From a phage: a stretch of DNA of 64,000 nt. Within the stretch, counting starts at the first letter, position 1; the number at the start of each line of letters is the position of its first letter. Under the pieces are notes generated by a model. The model did no database searches. It worked only from the letters and a program-made list of their open reading frames with translations, and was not told the origin of the DNA. The stretch lies in the sequence record PQ724394.1. One strand, written 5' to 3'. Shown piece after piece: positions 41,811 to 50,326 of the stretch. Both the position numbers and the translations under genes were made by a program.

Positions 41811-41824
41811 GGGCCTTCGGGCCC
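41811..41824 (+). terminator. UUCG-tetraloop hairpin between genes 37 and 38 (attenuator/stabiliser candidate)
   Basis: GGGCC-ttcg-GGCCC immediately before the GGAGG RBS of gene 38. Confidence 0.45.
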
Positions 41825-41835
41825 TGGAGGTTTTT

Positions 41836-42615
41836 ATGGCAGTAGTAGGAATTCCTGGTTGGATTGGAACTTCGGCCGTTGCGGAAACAGGCCAACGCTG
41901 GATGTCAGCAGCTTCTAGAGAATTACGTCTAGGGAACCCATCTTGGATGTCGCAATTTGCTGGTAGGTCTCGTGAGATTATTCATACCCTTGGAGCGGAC
42001 CACAACTTCAACGGGCAATGGTTTAGAGACCGTTGTTTTGAAGCCGGCGGTGCTCCTATAGTGTTTAATATCACAGGCGACTTAGTATCATATACTAAAG
42101 ATGTTCCGTTGTTCTTTATGTACGGTGATACCCCTAACGAATATGTTACTTTGAATATTCATGGTGGTGTTCATATGTGGGGCCGAGGTGGCAACGGTAC
42201 AGTAAATGGAAGCCCAGGCACTAATGGTGGTGACGTAATCCAAAATGATATTGGTGGACGACTTCGCATTTGGAACTATGGTGTGATAGCCTCCGGCGGT
42301 GGCGGCGGCGGTGGCGTATCATTACAGAATAGTTGGCCTGCAAATTCTACAGCAGGTGGCGGTGGCGGCAGACCATTTGGTCTCGGCGGCGGTGGTGTTA
42401 ATTGGCCAGGCGGCAATGCTAGTTATGTTGGTCCAGGTGGCGGTGGTAATACAAGCCAATTTGGCGCTGGCAATGGTGGTGATGCTGGAGGTTGGGGCGG
42501 AGACGGATGGGGTAGTAACTTATCCAGGTCAGGTGGTGGTGCTCCTGGTAGAGCAGTATTCGGTTCCTCCCCATCATGGGGCGCTACAGGCACTATCTAC
42601 GGCTCTTGGTTATAA
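41836..42615 (+). CDS. 38: Tail fibre adhesin gp38 (T2-type, glycine-rich motifs)
   Basis: N-terminus [63 protein letters not shown] as in T2-type gp38; C-terminal half with poly-Gly tracts. Confidence 0.85.
   Translation: MAVVGIPGWIGTSAVAETGQRWMSAASRELRLGNPSWMSQFAGRSREIIHTLGADHNFNGQWFRDRCFEAGGAPIVFNITGDLVSYTKDVPLFFMYGDTPNEYVTLNIHGGVHMWGRGGNGTVNGSPGTNGGDVIQNDIGGRLRIWNYGVIASGGGGGGGVSLQNSWPANSTAGGGGGRPFGLGGGGVNWPGGNASYVGPGGGGNTSQFGAGNGGDAGGWGGDGWGSNLSRSGGGAPGRAVFGSSPSWGATGTIYGSWL
42286..42570 (+). repeat. Glycine-rich low-complexity repeats within gene 38
   Basis: Runs of GGN codons (GGGGGGG, GGGGG, GGGG, GGGG) separated by short variable segments; locally GC-rich. Confidence 0.8.
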
Positions 42616-42631
42616 TACGAAAGTATTAAAT

Positions 42632-42639
42632 TATAAATA
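42632..42639 (+). promoter_or_regulatory. Late promoter TATAAATA for holin t
   Basis: Exact TATAAATA about 20 nt upstream of AAGGAG RBS and ATG 42658. Confidence 0.6.
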
Positions 42640-42657
42640 TCTTTAAAGGAGAAAAGT

Positions 42658-43311
42658 ATGGAACCAAAAGTAGGATTTTCATTATCAGACCTACTTTTTG
42701 GACTTCTTGATAGAATTTTTAAAGATACTTCTTCCGGGAAAGTAGTTTTTTCCCGGGTCCTAGTCGTAATATTATTGTTCTTTATGGCATTAGTTTGGTA
42801 TAAAGGCGAGCATATTCTAAACTTTTATAAAGAGACAACTTATGCCTCTTATACTGAAATGATTAGACAAGACCAGGACAATAGATTTAAAATTGCGGCT
42901 ATCGAGCAGCTCCGAATAGTGCATTCTTCTTCAGGCGCAGACTTCACAGCAATATATTCTTTTAGGCCGACCAACATGAATTATTTTGTGGACATGGTTG
43001 CTTATGAGGGTAAATTACCGGAAACGGTAGACGCAAAAAATACGGGAGGATTTCCGATTGACAAAACGTCAGTAGAGTATATGGCGGGAGTTAACGGGAA
43101 CTATTTTGAATCATCTACTGAATCTGTGTTTCTCCCTACAAAGGAGAAAACCCATTTCACTTATATGTTTTCATGCCCGTTTTTTAATTTGGATAACATC
43201 TATGCCGGCTCGATATCATTATACTGGTATGACATCAAACCGGATTTAGGATTTCCTAGACTTTCGTCTATGTGTGGTCAGGCCGGGAGGACATTAGGTC
43301 GAACTCGTTAA
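42658..43311 (+). CDS. t: Holin / lysis inhibition sensor T
   Basis: 217 aa; N-terminal TM segment; conserved FSCPFFNLDNIYAGSI and KTHFTYMF blocks as T4 holin T. Confidence 0.9.
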   Translation: MEPKVGFSLSDLLFGLLDRIFKDTSSGKVVFSRVLVVILLFFMALVWYKGEHILNFYKETTYASYTEMIRQDQDNRFKIAAIEQLRIVHSSSGADFTAIYSFRPTNMNYFVDMVAYEGKLPETVDAKNTGGFPIDKTSVEYMAGVNGNYFESSTESVFLPTKEKTHFTYMFSCPFFNLDNIYAGSISLYWYDIKPDLGFPRLSSMCGQAGRTLGRTR

Positions 43312-43583
43312 AAATTGGAGGTATACATCATTAGATAACGGTGTATATCTTCATACCCTTCATTAAATTGCTCAATAAGAGTATCACGTTCATCTTCAGT
43401 TAAAGACTTAAAGAGTTTATTAAAAGATAGGCCATTAAGTTCCTTTCCATGTTCATTACGAATACCTAACTCATTCAAAAAGGCAATAAACTCATCACGA
43501 CGTTGCATGATGTCTTCACAATCCGTTTTAATCAAAATGGAAACAATAGTAGCAATTTCGGAAACGATTTCAATTTTAGTCAT
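43308..43583 (-). CDS. asiA: Anti-sigma-70 factor AsiA
   Basis: 91 aa; ..FIAFLNELGI...LTEDERDTLIEQFNEGYEDIHRYLMMYT matches T4 AsiA. Confidence 0.9.
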   Translation of the reverse strand: MTKIEIVSEIATIVSILIKTDCEDIMQRRDEFIAFLNELGIRNEHGKELNGLSFNKLFKSLTEDERDTLIEQFNEGYEDIHRYLMMYTSNF

Positions 43584-43641
43584 TTTAATTTACTCAAGTA
43601 TTCAATAGGACATTCATTTATTCAGTAAGAATATTGTAACA

Positions 43642-43893
43642 CTATTCTTCTAGATTGTACACATGATTTTTCATCCGTACAACATATTCCTGATACATTT
43701 CTTCAATAGGTTCCTGGAACTTAAAATCAGCTCCTAGGAATTCCTCAAAGCACTCCTGCTCACGTGTACGCATACCTGTTACGGTATTCTCTAAGTTATG
43801 ACTCATAGCCTTTACCCTTATGTTTCTGCTTACGCTTAGACTCTTTAAAATTTTTCTTCTTGTCCTTATGGACCGAAGCCTTATTGAAATCAT
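43642..43893 (-). CDS. Hypothetical protein (83 aa; may start at internal ATG 43806)
   Basis: ORF; first ATG 2 nt after upstream stop, internal ATG has AGGG RBS. Confidence 0.4.
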   Translation of the reverse strand: MISIRLRSIRTRRKILKSLSVSRNIRVKAMSHNLENTVTGMRTREQECFEEFLGADFKFQEPIEEMYQEYVVRMKNHVYNLEE

Positions 43894-43895
43894 GC

Positions 43896-44180
43896 TTAGC
43901 TACAAGATTGTTCATCACGTAATTTCCTTAATTGATATTCAAGAGAACTGATAATTTCTTTATTAGTTGCAATATACATATCACGTAGGAACGGCTTCAA
44001 CCCTTCCATATTCCCATGAATTGTCTTAGAACTAATATTCTTTATATATTCATGGTCTAATGCATCCCAAGCCGGCTGGTTGACATAAGTTCCCCAATTA
44101 TCTTCAACCATAACATTCAGACGTTTAATATGGTTGATATGGGCTTCGATTGCATCAATCTGGAGTTGTTTAAGATTCAT
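43896..44180 (-). CDS. Hypothetical protein (94 aa)
   Basis: ORF in arn-like position. Confidence 0.45.
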   Translation of the reverse strand: MNLKQLQIDAIEAHINHIKRLNVMVEDNWGTYVNQPAWDALDHEYIKNISSKTIHGNMEGLKPFLRDMYIATNKEIISSLEYQLRKLRDEQSCS

Positions 44181-44668
44181 TAGTAAAGGTCCTCAGAGTA
44201 AAGTTCTTTTTCACTACCACCACGTTCAATACGAACTTGATTAGCATATGTTGCAATAATCATTGCTTCTTCGCGAGTCCAATAATTTGAGTATTGGTCG
44301 ATAAATCCTTGGTCATCACCGCAAACATGCTCAGATACAAGTTTATCACTTACTTGGTCAAGCACTTCTGCCATATCTTTAGAATAATGTCGAGCGCCAG
44401 GAATAACCAAAGTCCCACCGTCTTTTAACTTAAAGCGGTTGGCTGCACACACAATTCGTCGCTGATATTTTTCATTGTTATTCCAATGAGCAATCTGCCA
44501 ACAGATTTCAGGAACCTCTTCCAAAACATCCTCTTCCGAATATTCAGTGTAATCACCATAGGCCCGTAATTTGGCCGCTAAGCTTTCAGGCGTCTCGCGA
44601 GAAAGAGCTTTATCTAATAAAGCCATACGGTCTTTAAAAGATAATTCTTTACCTTTTAATGGATTCAT
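44180..44668 (-). CDS. Hypothetical protein (162 aa)
   Basis: ORF, start overlaps upstream stop. Confidence 0.5.
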   Translation of the reverse strand: MNPLKGKELSFKDRMALLDKALSRETPESLAAKLRAYGDYTEYSEEDVLEEVPEICWQIAHWNNNEKYQRRIVCAANRFKLKDGGTLVIPGARHYSKDMAEVLDQVSDKLVSEHVCGDDQGFIDQYSNYWTREEAMIIATYANQVRIERGGSEKELYSEDLY

Positions 44669-45024
44669 TTCACAATTACCTTATAGCCTTTAACTTTAGA
44701 AAATGATTGGATTTTGGAACCGGTTTCTATCAACATATCTTCATTAGAAGAAGATAGCATGATATCCACAATTTGGCCTTTACCGTATGGGTTGATAGAA
44801 ACTTCTTCCTCGGCAATCATAGCTAAAAATCTATTTAACTGCATACCAAATTCAAGAGTCACTTCATGAATACGAAGGTTAAGCTGGTATACTTTCTTAA
44901 CACCGTTAACTAAGGAAGTCATTTCACCCCATGCATTACGTTGTTCTTCGCGAGGCTCTTCAATCAATTTAAGGGAATGGCCTTCGCCGTCCCAGTTAAG
45001 TTCCATCGGAATCATTTGAACCAT
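44665..45024 (-). CDS. Hypothetical protein (119 aa)
   Basis: ORF. Confidence 0.45.
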   Translation of the reverse strand: MVQMIPMELNWDGEGHSLKLIEEPREEQRNAWGEMTSLVNGVKKVYQLNLRIHEVTLEFGMQLNRFLAMIAEEEVSINPYGKGQIVDIMLSSSNEDMLIETGSKIQSFSKVKGYKVIVK

Positions 45025-45341
45025 CCTTTAACACGTTGCCATAAAGTTTTCTGTTGAGCTTTATTAACACCAATTGAACGAATGACCGGTTGTGATTCCT
45101 GGTATTCTTTGTAGTCGGCTTTATAGACTTCATAAGCAGCCGGAACAAAGGTGCTGATGGCCGCCATAAAGTTCTTACGAATTCCCATAGAAGCTTCAGA
45201 ACCACCACGGATGATTAAGTATTTACCCGCTTTAATCTTAACAATAGTTCCAAGATAAGCGCCATGGTACCAAATATCCCAACCTTCTTGAGTAGGTTCT
45301 GCACAACGACGAAGTTCATTAACAATATTCAGCTTGTTCAT
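45012..45341 (-). CDS. Hypothetical protein (109 aa)
   Basis: ORF directly downstream of motA. Confidence 0.45.
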   Translation of the reverse strand: MNKLNIVNELRRCAEPTQEGWDIWYHGAYLGTIVKIKAGKYLIIRGGSEASMGIRKNFMAAISTFVPAAYEVYKADYKEYQESQPVIRSIGVNKAQQKTLWQRVKGWFK

Positions 45342-45359
45342 AATAATTTCCTCAGTCAG

Positions 45360-45992
45360 TTAAATTGCGTTGGTTACGGTTTTGATAACTTCAGATGATA
45401 CGTTTTGGAAGTCGATATAAGTATTCTTACCACCAGTCTTAATCTTAACATCAAGATTCAAGGAAGTAAACACTTGTTTTTCTTTATCAGTCATATTATA
45501 ACCGAAGATACGCATCATTCCGTCACGACGGACTTCGATTTGACGAATACCGTTGGTACGTTTAGCGAATCGAACTTCAAGATTGCTACGGTTTTCAGCG
45601 ATTTCACGAATCTCGATACGGTCTTCTAACAAAGATTTAACTTCATCAGCCAATACCACCATTTCAGGAGTAACACCACGCGAACTGCGAGTTTTACGTT
45701 TTTCCAACATCTCTGGAGCATTTTCAGAAGCGAACAGGTCAGCAGCTTTTTGAACTAGGTCCATTGCTTCACCCGTAGCCACCAGTCCATCACCAGATTT
45801 TTCGATGAATCCTTTCTTAATCAATACACCGATGTTAGAGTTAACTACCGCTGCACTAAATTGTTCACTCAGGGCTTCACGGACTTCGCCTGAAGTGATG
45901 AAGTTATTCTTGATGATATGTACTAAGATAGAAGCCGTTTTTTCATTCAGGACGTCTTCAGAAGCTTTGATGATATAAGTAATTTTAGACAT
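45360..45992 (-). CDS. motA: Middle-transcription activator MotA
   Basis: MSKITYIIKASEDVLNEKTASIL...VVNSNIGVLIKKGF.EKSGDGL matches T4 MotA; ATG at 45992 with GGAG RBS (track start is upstream inside promoter). Confidence 0.9.
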   Translation of the reverse strand: MSKITYIIKASEDVLNEKTASILVHIIKNNFITSGEVREALSEQFSAAVVNSNIGVLIKKGFIEKSGDGLVATGEAMDLVQKAADLFASENAPEMLEKRKTRSSRGVTPEMVVLADEVKSLLEDRIEIREIAENRSNLEVRFAKRTNGIRQIEVRRDGMMRIFGYNMTDKEKQVFTSLNLDVKIKTGGKNTYIDFQNVSSEVIKTVTNAI

Positions 45993-46026
45993 TTTAATCT
46001 CCGATAACCATTTATTTGATAGGTCT

Positions 46027-46055
46027 ATAGTATCATGTTTAAAGCAGAAGTAAAC
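46027..46055 (-). promoter_or_regulatory. Early-promoter cassette for motA (GTTTAC -35, 17 nt, TACTAT -10)
   Basis: Minus strand GTTTAC 46055-46050, TACTAT 46032-46027; TGCTTTA element at 46046-46040. Confidence 0.55.
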
Positions 46056-46093
46056 TTTATTAGAGCTCTTTTTCAAGAGCTCTAATAAAGTAC

Positions 46094-46321
46094 TTACTTA
46101 ATGTTCAGATTACGAACTTCGATTTCGTCTTCAGGGGCAAAATCAAACTGTTTGAATTCTGTGTCACCTTTAAATTTAAAAATCATTGTGAAGAAAGTCA
46201 GAACACCGGGTTTTTCTTCACGAACTCCACAGATATCATATTCAATACCATCTACAACCAGTTTGTTAGCAGTCAGAGCATTTTTAGCTTTAACGATTTC
46301 GTTTTCGATTTTAAATTTCAT
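46094..46321 (-). CDS. Hypothetical protein (75 aa)
   Basis: ORF with GGGAGA RBS and cassette upstream. Confidence 0.5.
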   Translation of the reverse strand: MKFKIENEIVKAKNALTANKLVVDGIEYDICGVREEKPGVLTFFTMIFKFKGDTEFKQFDFAPEDEIEVRNLNIK

Positions 46322-46368
46322 TTTTGTATCTCCCGGTTGTTTGTTTCAGTTCATTTATTTGATAGGTC

Positions 46369-46398
46369 TATAGTATCATGTTTAAAGCAGATGTAAAC
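46369..46398 (-). promoter_or_regulatory. Early-promoter cassette (GTTTAC -35, 18 nt, TACTAT -10)
   Basis: Near-identical copy of the motA cassette. Confidence 0.55.
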
Positions 46399-46422
46399 AC
46401 TTTTTTGCACTAAACCCAAAAA

Positions 46423-46438
46423 GGAACCCGAAGGTTCC
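46423..46438 (-). terminator. Rho-independent terminator (UUCG hairpin + U-run) after small ORF
   Basis: GGAACC-cgaa-GGTTCC; on minus transcript followed by UUUUUGGG. Confidence 0.65.
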
Positions 46439-46543
46439 TTACTTTTTAAAGTGAGCCGCTATTAGACCTATAGCTAAGCCCGTTGCCAGGCCTAGGATAA
46501 CAGCAAAGATACAGAGTAACAAGAACTCAACTCCAAGGCTCAT
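46439..46543 (-). CDS. Small hydrophobic peptide (34 aa), coupled to gene 52 stop
   Basis: ATG overlaps gene 52 TGA (ATGA); MSLGVEFLLLCIFAVILGLATGLAIGLIAAHFKK; not in ORF track. Confidence 0.4.
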   Translation of the reverse strand: MSLGVEFLLLCIFAVILGLATGLAIGLIAAHFKK

Positions 46544-47919
46544 AGAGCCTCCAAATCTTTAATATACTCAGTTACAACATCAGTGGTTTTCCAGTATTGG
46601 TGCTCTTCCTTCTTAGCCTTAGCTTCGAGGGCCAATTTCTTGGCTTCGTCAGAGGTAATATGGAAAATATTCATTGCTACAAGTTTATCAGCATATTCGC
46701 CATAGACTTTGTTACTGGCCAATTCTTCGGTTAAAACCTTACGGGTCTTACCTTGGATAACCACTACGCCATCAATAACATCTTTAATGAATGTAGCTTT
46801 AGCCAGGGCCAGTTTGAAAGCTTCTTCGGTTTCGATGATTTTACCATCAATACGTTTTTGTACAAAGGTCTTACGGACCTCAACGAAATCACGAATCAGT
46901 TCAACTGCATCTTCGTAAACCTTAAGTTTACCTTTCTCATTAATAACGGTCAGGTTTTGCGAACGACGTTCGATTAACCCAAAGTCTTTCATGATTTTTT
47001 CGTGCTTCTTATTTTCTTCAGTAGGCAATTCATATTCTTTACGAATCTTAACCTTGAAGCCGAAACCATTCTCGTCACAGTCGTCATCATACGTGATATA
47101 CCCTTTGTCTTCTAAAGGGTCCAGAACCTTGGCCACATACGTTTCACGGTCATATTTGTACGGGATTTCTGTGATATGCATTTGGGTTCGAGATGTGAAC
47201 TTATAGGTCCCACGAATCTCATAACTTCCAGGTTCAATCTCAACAACTTCACCACGGAATTCCGGATAAGCCACCTTAGGCTTGGTTACGCGTTTTTCTT
47301 GAAGAACCTGCAATACAGCTTTCTTAACAGAATCAAAACTATGAGGAAGGATATTAGTTGCATAACCAGTTGCAATACCGGAAATACCATTAAGAAGAAC
47401 AGTAGGAATAATAGGCAGATAAAAAGCTGGTGGCTTATGTTCGACATCCGCATGAACCGGAGCATATTCTGTATCCTTATAAACCTTTGCGAAATTAGTT
47501 CCAATTCGTGCAAAAATATAACGAGATGCCGCTGCTTTTTGAACCAAACGAGAACCAAAGTTACCTTGTCCATCTAACAGTGGGAAGTTGTTGTTCCATG
47601 TGTTGGCCATCAAAGCCCCTGCTTCCTGAGCAGAACCTTCACCATGGTGGTATCCAAGGTCGGCTACACCACCTGCAATAGAAGCTAGTTTGTGGAATTT
47701 TTCTTTATTACCACGAGCCATATCAAGACAACGAGCAACTACAAAACGTTGTACAGGTTTAAAACCGTCAATCATATTTGGAATGGCGCGGTTTTCGACA
47801 GTATACATTGCGTAAGCCAGCGCTTCGTTGTCGATGATGCTTTTTAAGTCACGACGAGTAAAAGCATCATCGTAAACATCTAAGGATTGTTTAAAAAGGG
47901 TATCAATTACATCAGCCAT
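46540..47919 (-). CDS. 52: DNA topoisomerase II medium subunit gp52 (GyrA-like)
   Basis: 459 aa; GyrA/ParC-like block PNMIDGFKPVQRFV; synteny. Confidence 0.9.
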   Translation of the reverse strand: MADVIDTLFKQSLDVYDDAFTRRDLKSIIDNEALAYAMYTVENRAIPNMIDGFKPVQRFVVARCLDMARGNKEKFHKLASIAGGVADLGYHHGEGSAQEAGALMANTWNNNFPLLDGQGNFGSRLVQKAAASRYIFARIGTNFAKVYKDTEYAPVHADVEHKPPAFYLPIIPTVLLNGISGIATGYATNILPHSFDSVKKAVLQVLQEKRVTKPKVAYPEFRGEVVEIEPGSYEIRGTYKFTSRTQMHITEIPYKYDRETYVAKVLDPLEDKGYITYDDDCDENGFGFKVKIRKEYELPTEENKKHEKIMKDFGLIERRSQNLTVINEKGKLKVYEDAVELIRDFVEVRKTFVQKRIDGKIIETEEAFKLALAKATFIKDVIDGVVVIQGKTRKVLTEELASNKVYGEYADKLVAMNIFHITSDEAKKLALEAKAKKEEHQYWKTTDVVTEYIKDLEAL

Positions 47920-47923
47920 AATT

Positions 47924-48064
47924 TTACCATACTAGTGAATGAATAACCATAATAACATCGGAAATAAAAAGCACAACTTGGATAAGACCGAATATTACTC
48001 CATAATACAGCGCTACTAATAAAGCAGCAAGGGCTACAGAGTAGCCCAGGATTTGTTTAATCAT
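47924..48064 (-). CDS. Small membrane peptide (46 aa), not in ORF track
   Basis: MIKQILGYSVALAALLVALYYGVIFGLIQVVLFISDVIMVIHSLVW; ATG overlaps upstream stop. Confidence 0.4.
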   Translation of the reverse strand: MIKQILGYSVALAALLVALYYGVIFGLIQVVLFISDVIMVIHSLVW

Positions 48065-48225
48065 TTCTTGACCAAGGCTTCCAGAAATTTAACGATTGCA
48101 TCAATTACGAACCAAGTGCAAATAAATCCAACAGCGAAAGGACCTGGAACCCACACACCAGCAGCAAAAAGGGTTACCCACACAATAACAATCACGAGCC
48201 AGATAAAAGTATAAATCGGTTGCAT
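48061..48225 (-). CDS. Small membrane protein (54 aa), Ac-like by position
   Basis: MQPIYTFIWLVIVIVWVTLFAAGVWVPGPFAVGFICTWFVIDAIVKFLEALVKK; two predicted TM segments; position of T4 ac. Confidence 0.4.
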   Translation of the reverse strand: MQPIYTFIWLVIVIVWVTLFAAGVWVPGPFAVGFICTWFVIDAIVKFLEALVKK

Positions 48226-48232
48226 AATTTCC

Positions 48233-48313
48233 TCACAAGCGTCCGAAGACGCCTTTGGTTTTAAGATTGTTACGATAGAACTGCATCACATGTTCGTTAT
48301 GGAAATTACTCAT
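48233..48313 (-). CDS. stp: Stp peptide (26 aa)
   Basis: Translates to [26 protein letters not shown], essentially the T4 Stp sequence as recalled; ATG overlaps ndd stop by 1 nt. Confidence 0.8.
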
Positions 48314-48762
48314 TAGTAAGCCTGCAGAACGAATTTGAAGTTATCGGCCAACATGCGGTTCATTTCTTCCAGAGTCTGAAGGTCGGAACTATGGTTGCGA
48401 GTGAAAGCCATTGCAATTTGACCTTTACCAAAGCCTGTGGTCAGTGGTTTCATTTTAGAAGCTGGCACATAAAGAACTTCGTACAGAACACCATTTACGG
48501 CCATGGTACGAGCTGATTGTGAACGTTTCTTACGAATGTTAGCCACGATACCATCAAGACCTTGAGCTGAACGTTGGTTGCCGACATAAAAACGAGCGGC
48601 TACGACACGAGAATCTGCTTCACCTTTAACAAAGAAGTAGAAGCCGGGCTGAGCCGAGATTTCTTTAGAAGGCTTACCATTTTGGTATTCGCCATTCTTA
48701 ACATAAGCAACAGTAGTAGCACCAGCAGACAGAACGTTACCGCGAGTCATATAAGTATTCAT
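48313..48762 (-). CDS. ndd: Nucleoid disruption protein Ndd
   Basis: 149 aa; ..[12 protein letters not shown]...RKKRSQ.ART.A...[24 protein letters not shown]...[21 protein letters not shown] matches T4 Ndd. Confidence 0.9.
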
Positions 48763-48803
48763 ATCAATTTCCTCAGTAGATTAATGTTTTGTTATCCAGT
48801 CAA

Positions 48804-48840
48804 CGAGAACCATTATAACATGATTCTCGAGGTTGTAAAC
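48804..48840 (-). promoter_or_regulatory. Early promoter for ndd (GTTTAC -35, 17 nt, TATAAT -10 in loop of CGAGAA/TTCTCG stem)
   Basis: Minus strand GTTTAC 48840-48835, TATAAT 48817-48812. Confidence 0.6.
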
Positions 48841-49184
48841 TATTTTTGTAGCTGTTCTAAAATAAATCCGCTTGTATAAAAGGAAGCATTATAAACCTTA
48901 TTCAGCGGGTTCAAAGCACGTCCATAGGTATCACGTAATTCTTCGATAACATTTTCGTAGCTCACATAGTAAGCACTACGATAGTCAGGGTCCATGCTCA
49001 TACGGAATTTGATGAATCGATAAAACCCTGTATCCGGGTCTTGAACGAAAACGAAATCCGCACTTGCCATAGTTTTTGAATCTAACCCAGTAACCAGTTC
49101 TTGATTAAAGGCTGCCAATGCCTCTTTAAGACTGAGTTGCTCAAAGAACATAACCTTAGCATTACCAAAAAATACTTTAGACAT
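48840..49184 (-). CDS. Hypothetical protein (114 aa)
   Basis: ORF upstream of ndd. Confidence 0.5.
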   Translation of the reverse strand: MSKVFFGNAKVMFFEQLSLKEALAAFNQELVTGLDSKTMASADFVFVQDPDTGFYRFIKFRMSMDPDYRSAYYVSYENVIEELRDTYGRALNPLNKVYNASFYTSGFILEQLQK

Positions 49185-49198
49185 AATATTTTCCTCAA

Positions 49199-49423
49199 TT
49201 ATTCAGAGTCGACTTCTTCTGATAATTCCATCAGTTCATCAACCGTGAAACACTCTGTATTATTTTCAATAGCAAAACGCTTTTGATAAAAAGGATAATC
49301 CAAACAGTTTTCAGTACGAATAGGCCGCTCGCTATTATCCATTAAAGGAGAAATACGAATCAATTGTTGACCATTACCTAAGACAAATTTTTCACCAACT
49401 GCGATATCTTTAAAAAGTTTCAT
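49199..49423 (-). CDS. Hypothetical protein (74 aa from internal ATG)
   Basis: ATG 49423 with GAGGAA RBS overlapping upstream stop. Confidence 0.45.
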   Translation of the reverse strand: MKLFKDIAVGEKFVLGNGQQLIRISPLMDNSERPIRTENCLDYPFYQKRFAIENNTECFTVDELMELSEEVDSE

Positions 49424-49439
49424 AATATTTTCCTCGGAA

Positions 49440-49586
49440 TTAAAGAACTTCTTCAATTTGGATGTATTCGCTATATCCTTCCTCGATGAGGATATCACGG
49501 GCGCAGTCAGCGCTGATATAAAAATTAAAACTAACGGTAGTAATCACTTTACCATGCAACTTTACTTTATAAATTCGATTACCCAT
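49440..49586 (-). CDS. Hypothetical protein (48 aa from internal ATG)
   Basis: ATG 49586 with GAGGAA RBS; track start is TTG. Confidence 0.4.
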   Translation of the reverse strand: MGNRIYKVKLHGKVITTVSFNFYISADCARDILIEEGYSEYIQIEEVL

Positions 49587-49596
49587 AATATTTTCC

Positions 49597-49707
49597 TCAG
49601 AAGTTAAAGAATACACGTACATGGTCAATCATAAAAACTATTGGGAAAATGCTCAATACTACTAACAACACAAACATATTCCAAATTGCTTTAAGTAAGT
49701 TTTTCAT
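49597..49707 (-). CDS. Small hydrophobic peptide (36 aa), not in ORF track
   Basis: MKNLLKAIWNMFVLLVVLSIFPIVFMIDHVRVFFNF; GGAGATGATT RBS; directly downstream of cassette 49734-49762. Confidence 0.4.
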   Translation of the reverse strand: MKNLLKAIWNMFVLLVVLSIFPIVFMIDHVRVFFNF

Positions 49708-49733
49708 AATCATCTCCATTAGTTGATAGGTCT

Positions 49734-49762
49734 ATAATATCATGTCTAATGGAGATGTAAAC
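49734..49762 (-). promoter_or_regulatory. Early-promoter cassette (GTTTAC -35, 17 nt, TATTAT -10)
   Basis: Minus strand GTTTAC 49762-49757, TATTAT 49739-49734. Confidence 0.55.
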
Positions 49763-49766
49763 TGAT

Positions 49767-49898
49767 TTATCGTTTTTCGTAGTATTCTATTATACCACCG
49801 TAAGTTCTTTGGGCATTTAAAGCCTGGCACTCAAAAATGTAATCGCGCATAACTAACCAGTTACCGAACTTATCTTTACCAAATTTATGTATATACAT
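49767..49898 (-). CDS. Small ORF (43 aa), not in ORF track
   Basis: MYIHKFGKDKFGNWLVMRDYIFECQALNAQRTYGGIIEYYEKR; GAGGA RBS with short spacer. Confidence 0.3.
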   Translation of the reverse strand: MYIHKFGKDKFGNWLVMRDYIFECQALNAQRTYGGIIEYYEKR

Positions 49899-49987
49899 AA
49901 ATCCTCATTATAAAATTATAATTAAACTAAAACATATACAAATAAATGGAATACAAGTCATCCAAATAAAGCACCAGGTTTTGCTAC

Positions 49988-50254
49988 TCAAAATACAACC
50001 TCTTTTATCTCAATCAAACCACGGTGCAATGCAGTGCGGAGGTCGTAAAGAATATCTATACCATCAACATTATCCAGCTTGCCATCAATAAGCTTTTTTA
50101 AATCTTCCTTTGATGCAATCAACGGGCGAAGAAATTTACATTCAGAAAGAGATAACTCTGTAGTAACATTATCACCTTCACCTGATGCATCATACATAGC
50201 GGCAACAACCATACCCGTAACTTTGTGTTTAGCGTAATATAATTTGATATCCAT
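49988..50254 (-). CDS. Hypothetical protein (88 aa from internal ATG)
   Basis: ATG 50254 with GAGGAG RBS; track start lies in promoter cassette. Confidence 0.45.
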   Translation of the reverse strand: MDIKLYYAKHKVTGMVVAAMYDASGEGDNVTTELSLSECKFLRPLIASKEDLKKLIDGKLDNVDGIDILYDLRTALHRGLIEIKEVVF

Positions 50255-50326
50255 TTTGTTCTCCTCATTAGTTGATAGGAAGATAGTAACACCATCCATG
50301 GCGTATGTAAACACTTATTTTAAAAA

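Noticed and set aside
42299-42646. 115-aa plus-strand ORF overlapping gene 38 in another frame.
   Set aside because: Artefact of the GGN-rich glycine tracts, which are open in several frames; gene 38 in its own frame matches T2-type adhesins.
45993-46076. N-terminal extension of MotA in the ORF track (MKKSSNKVYFCF..).
   Set aside because: The extension runs through the -10 and stem-loop of the promoter cassette; the internal ATG at 45992 has a GGAG RBS and gives the canonical MSKITYIIKAS N-terminus.
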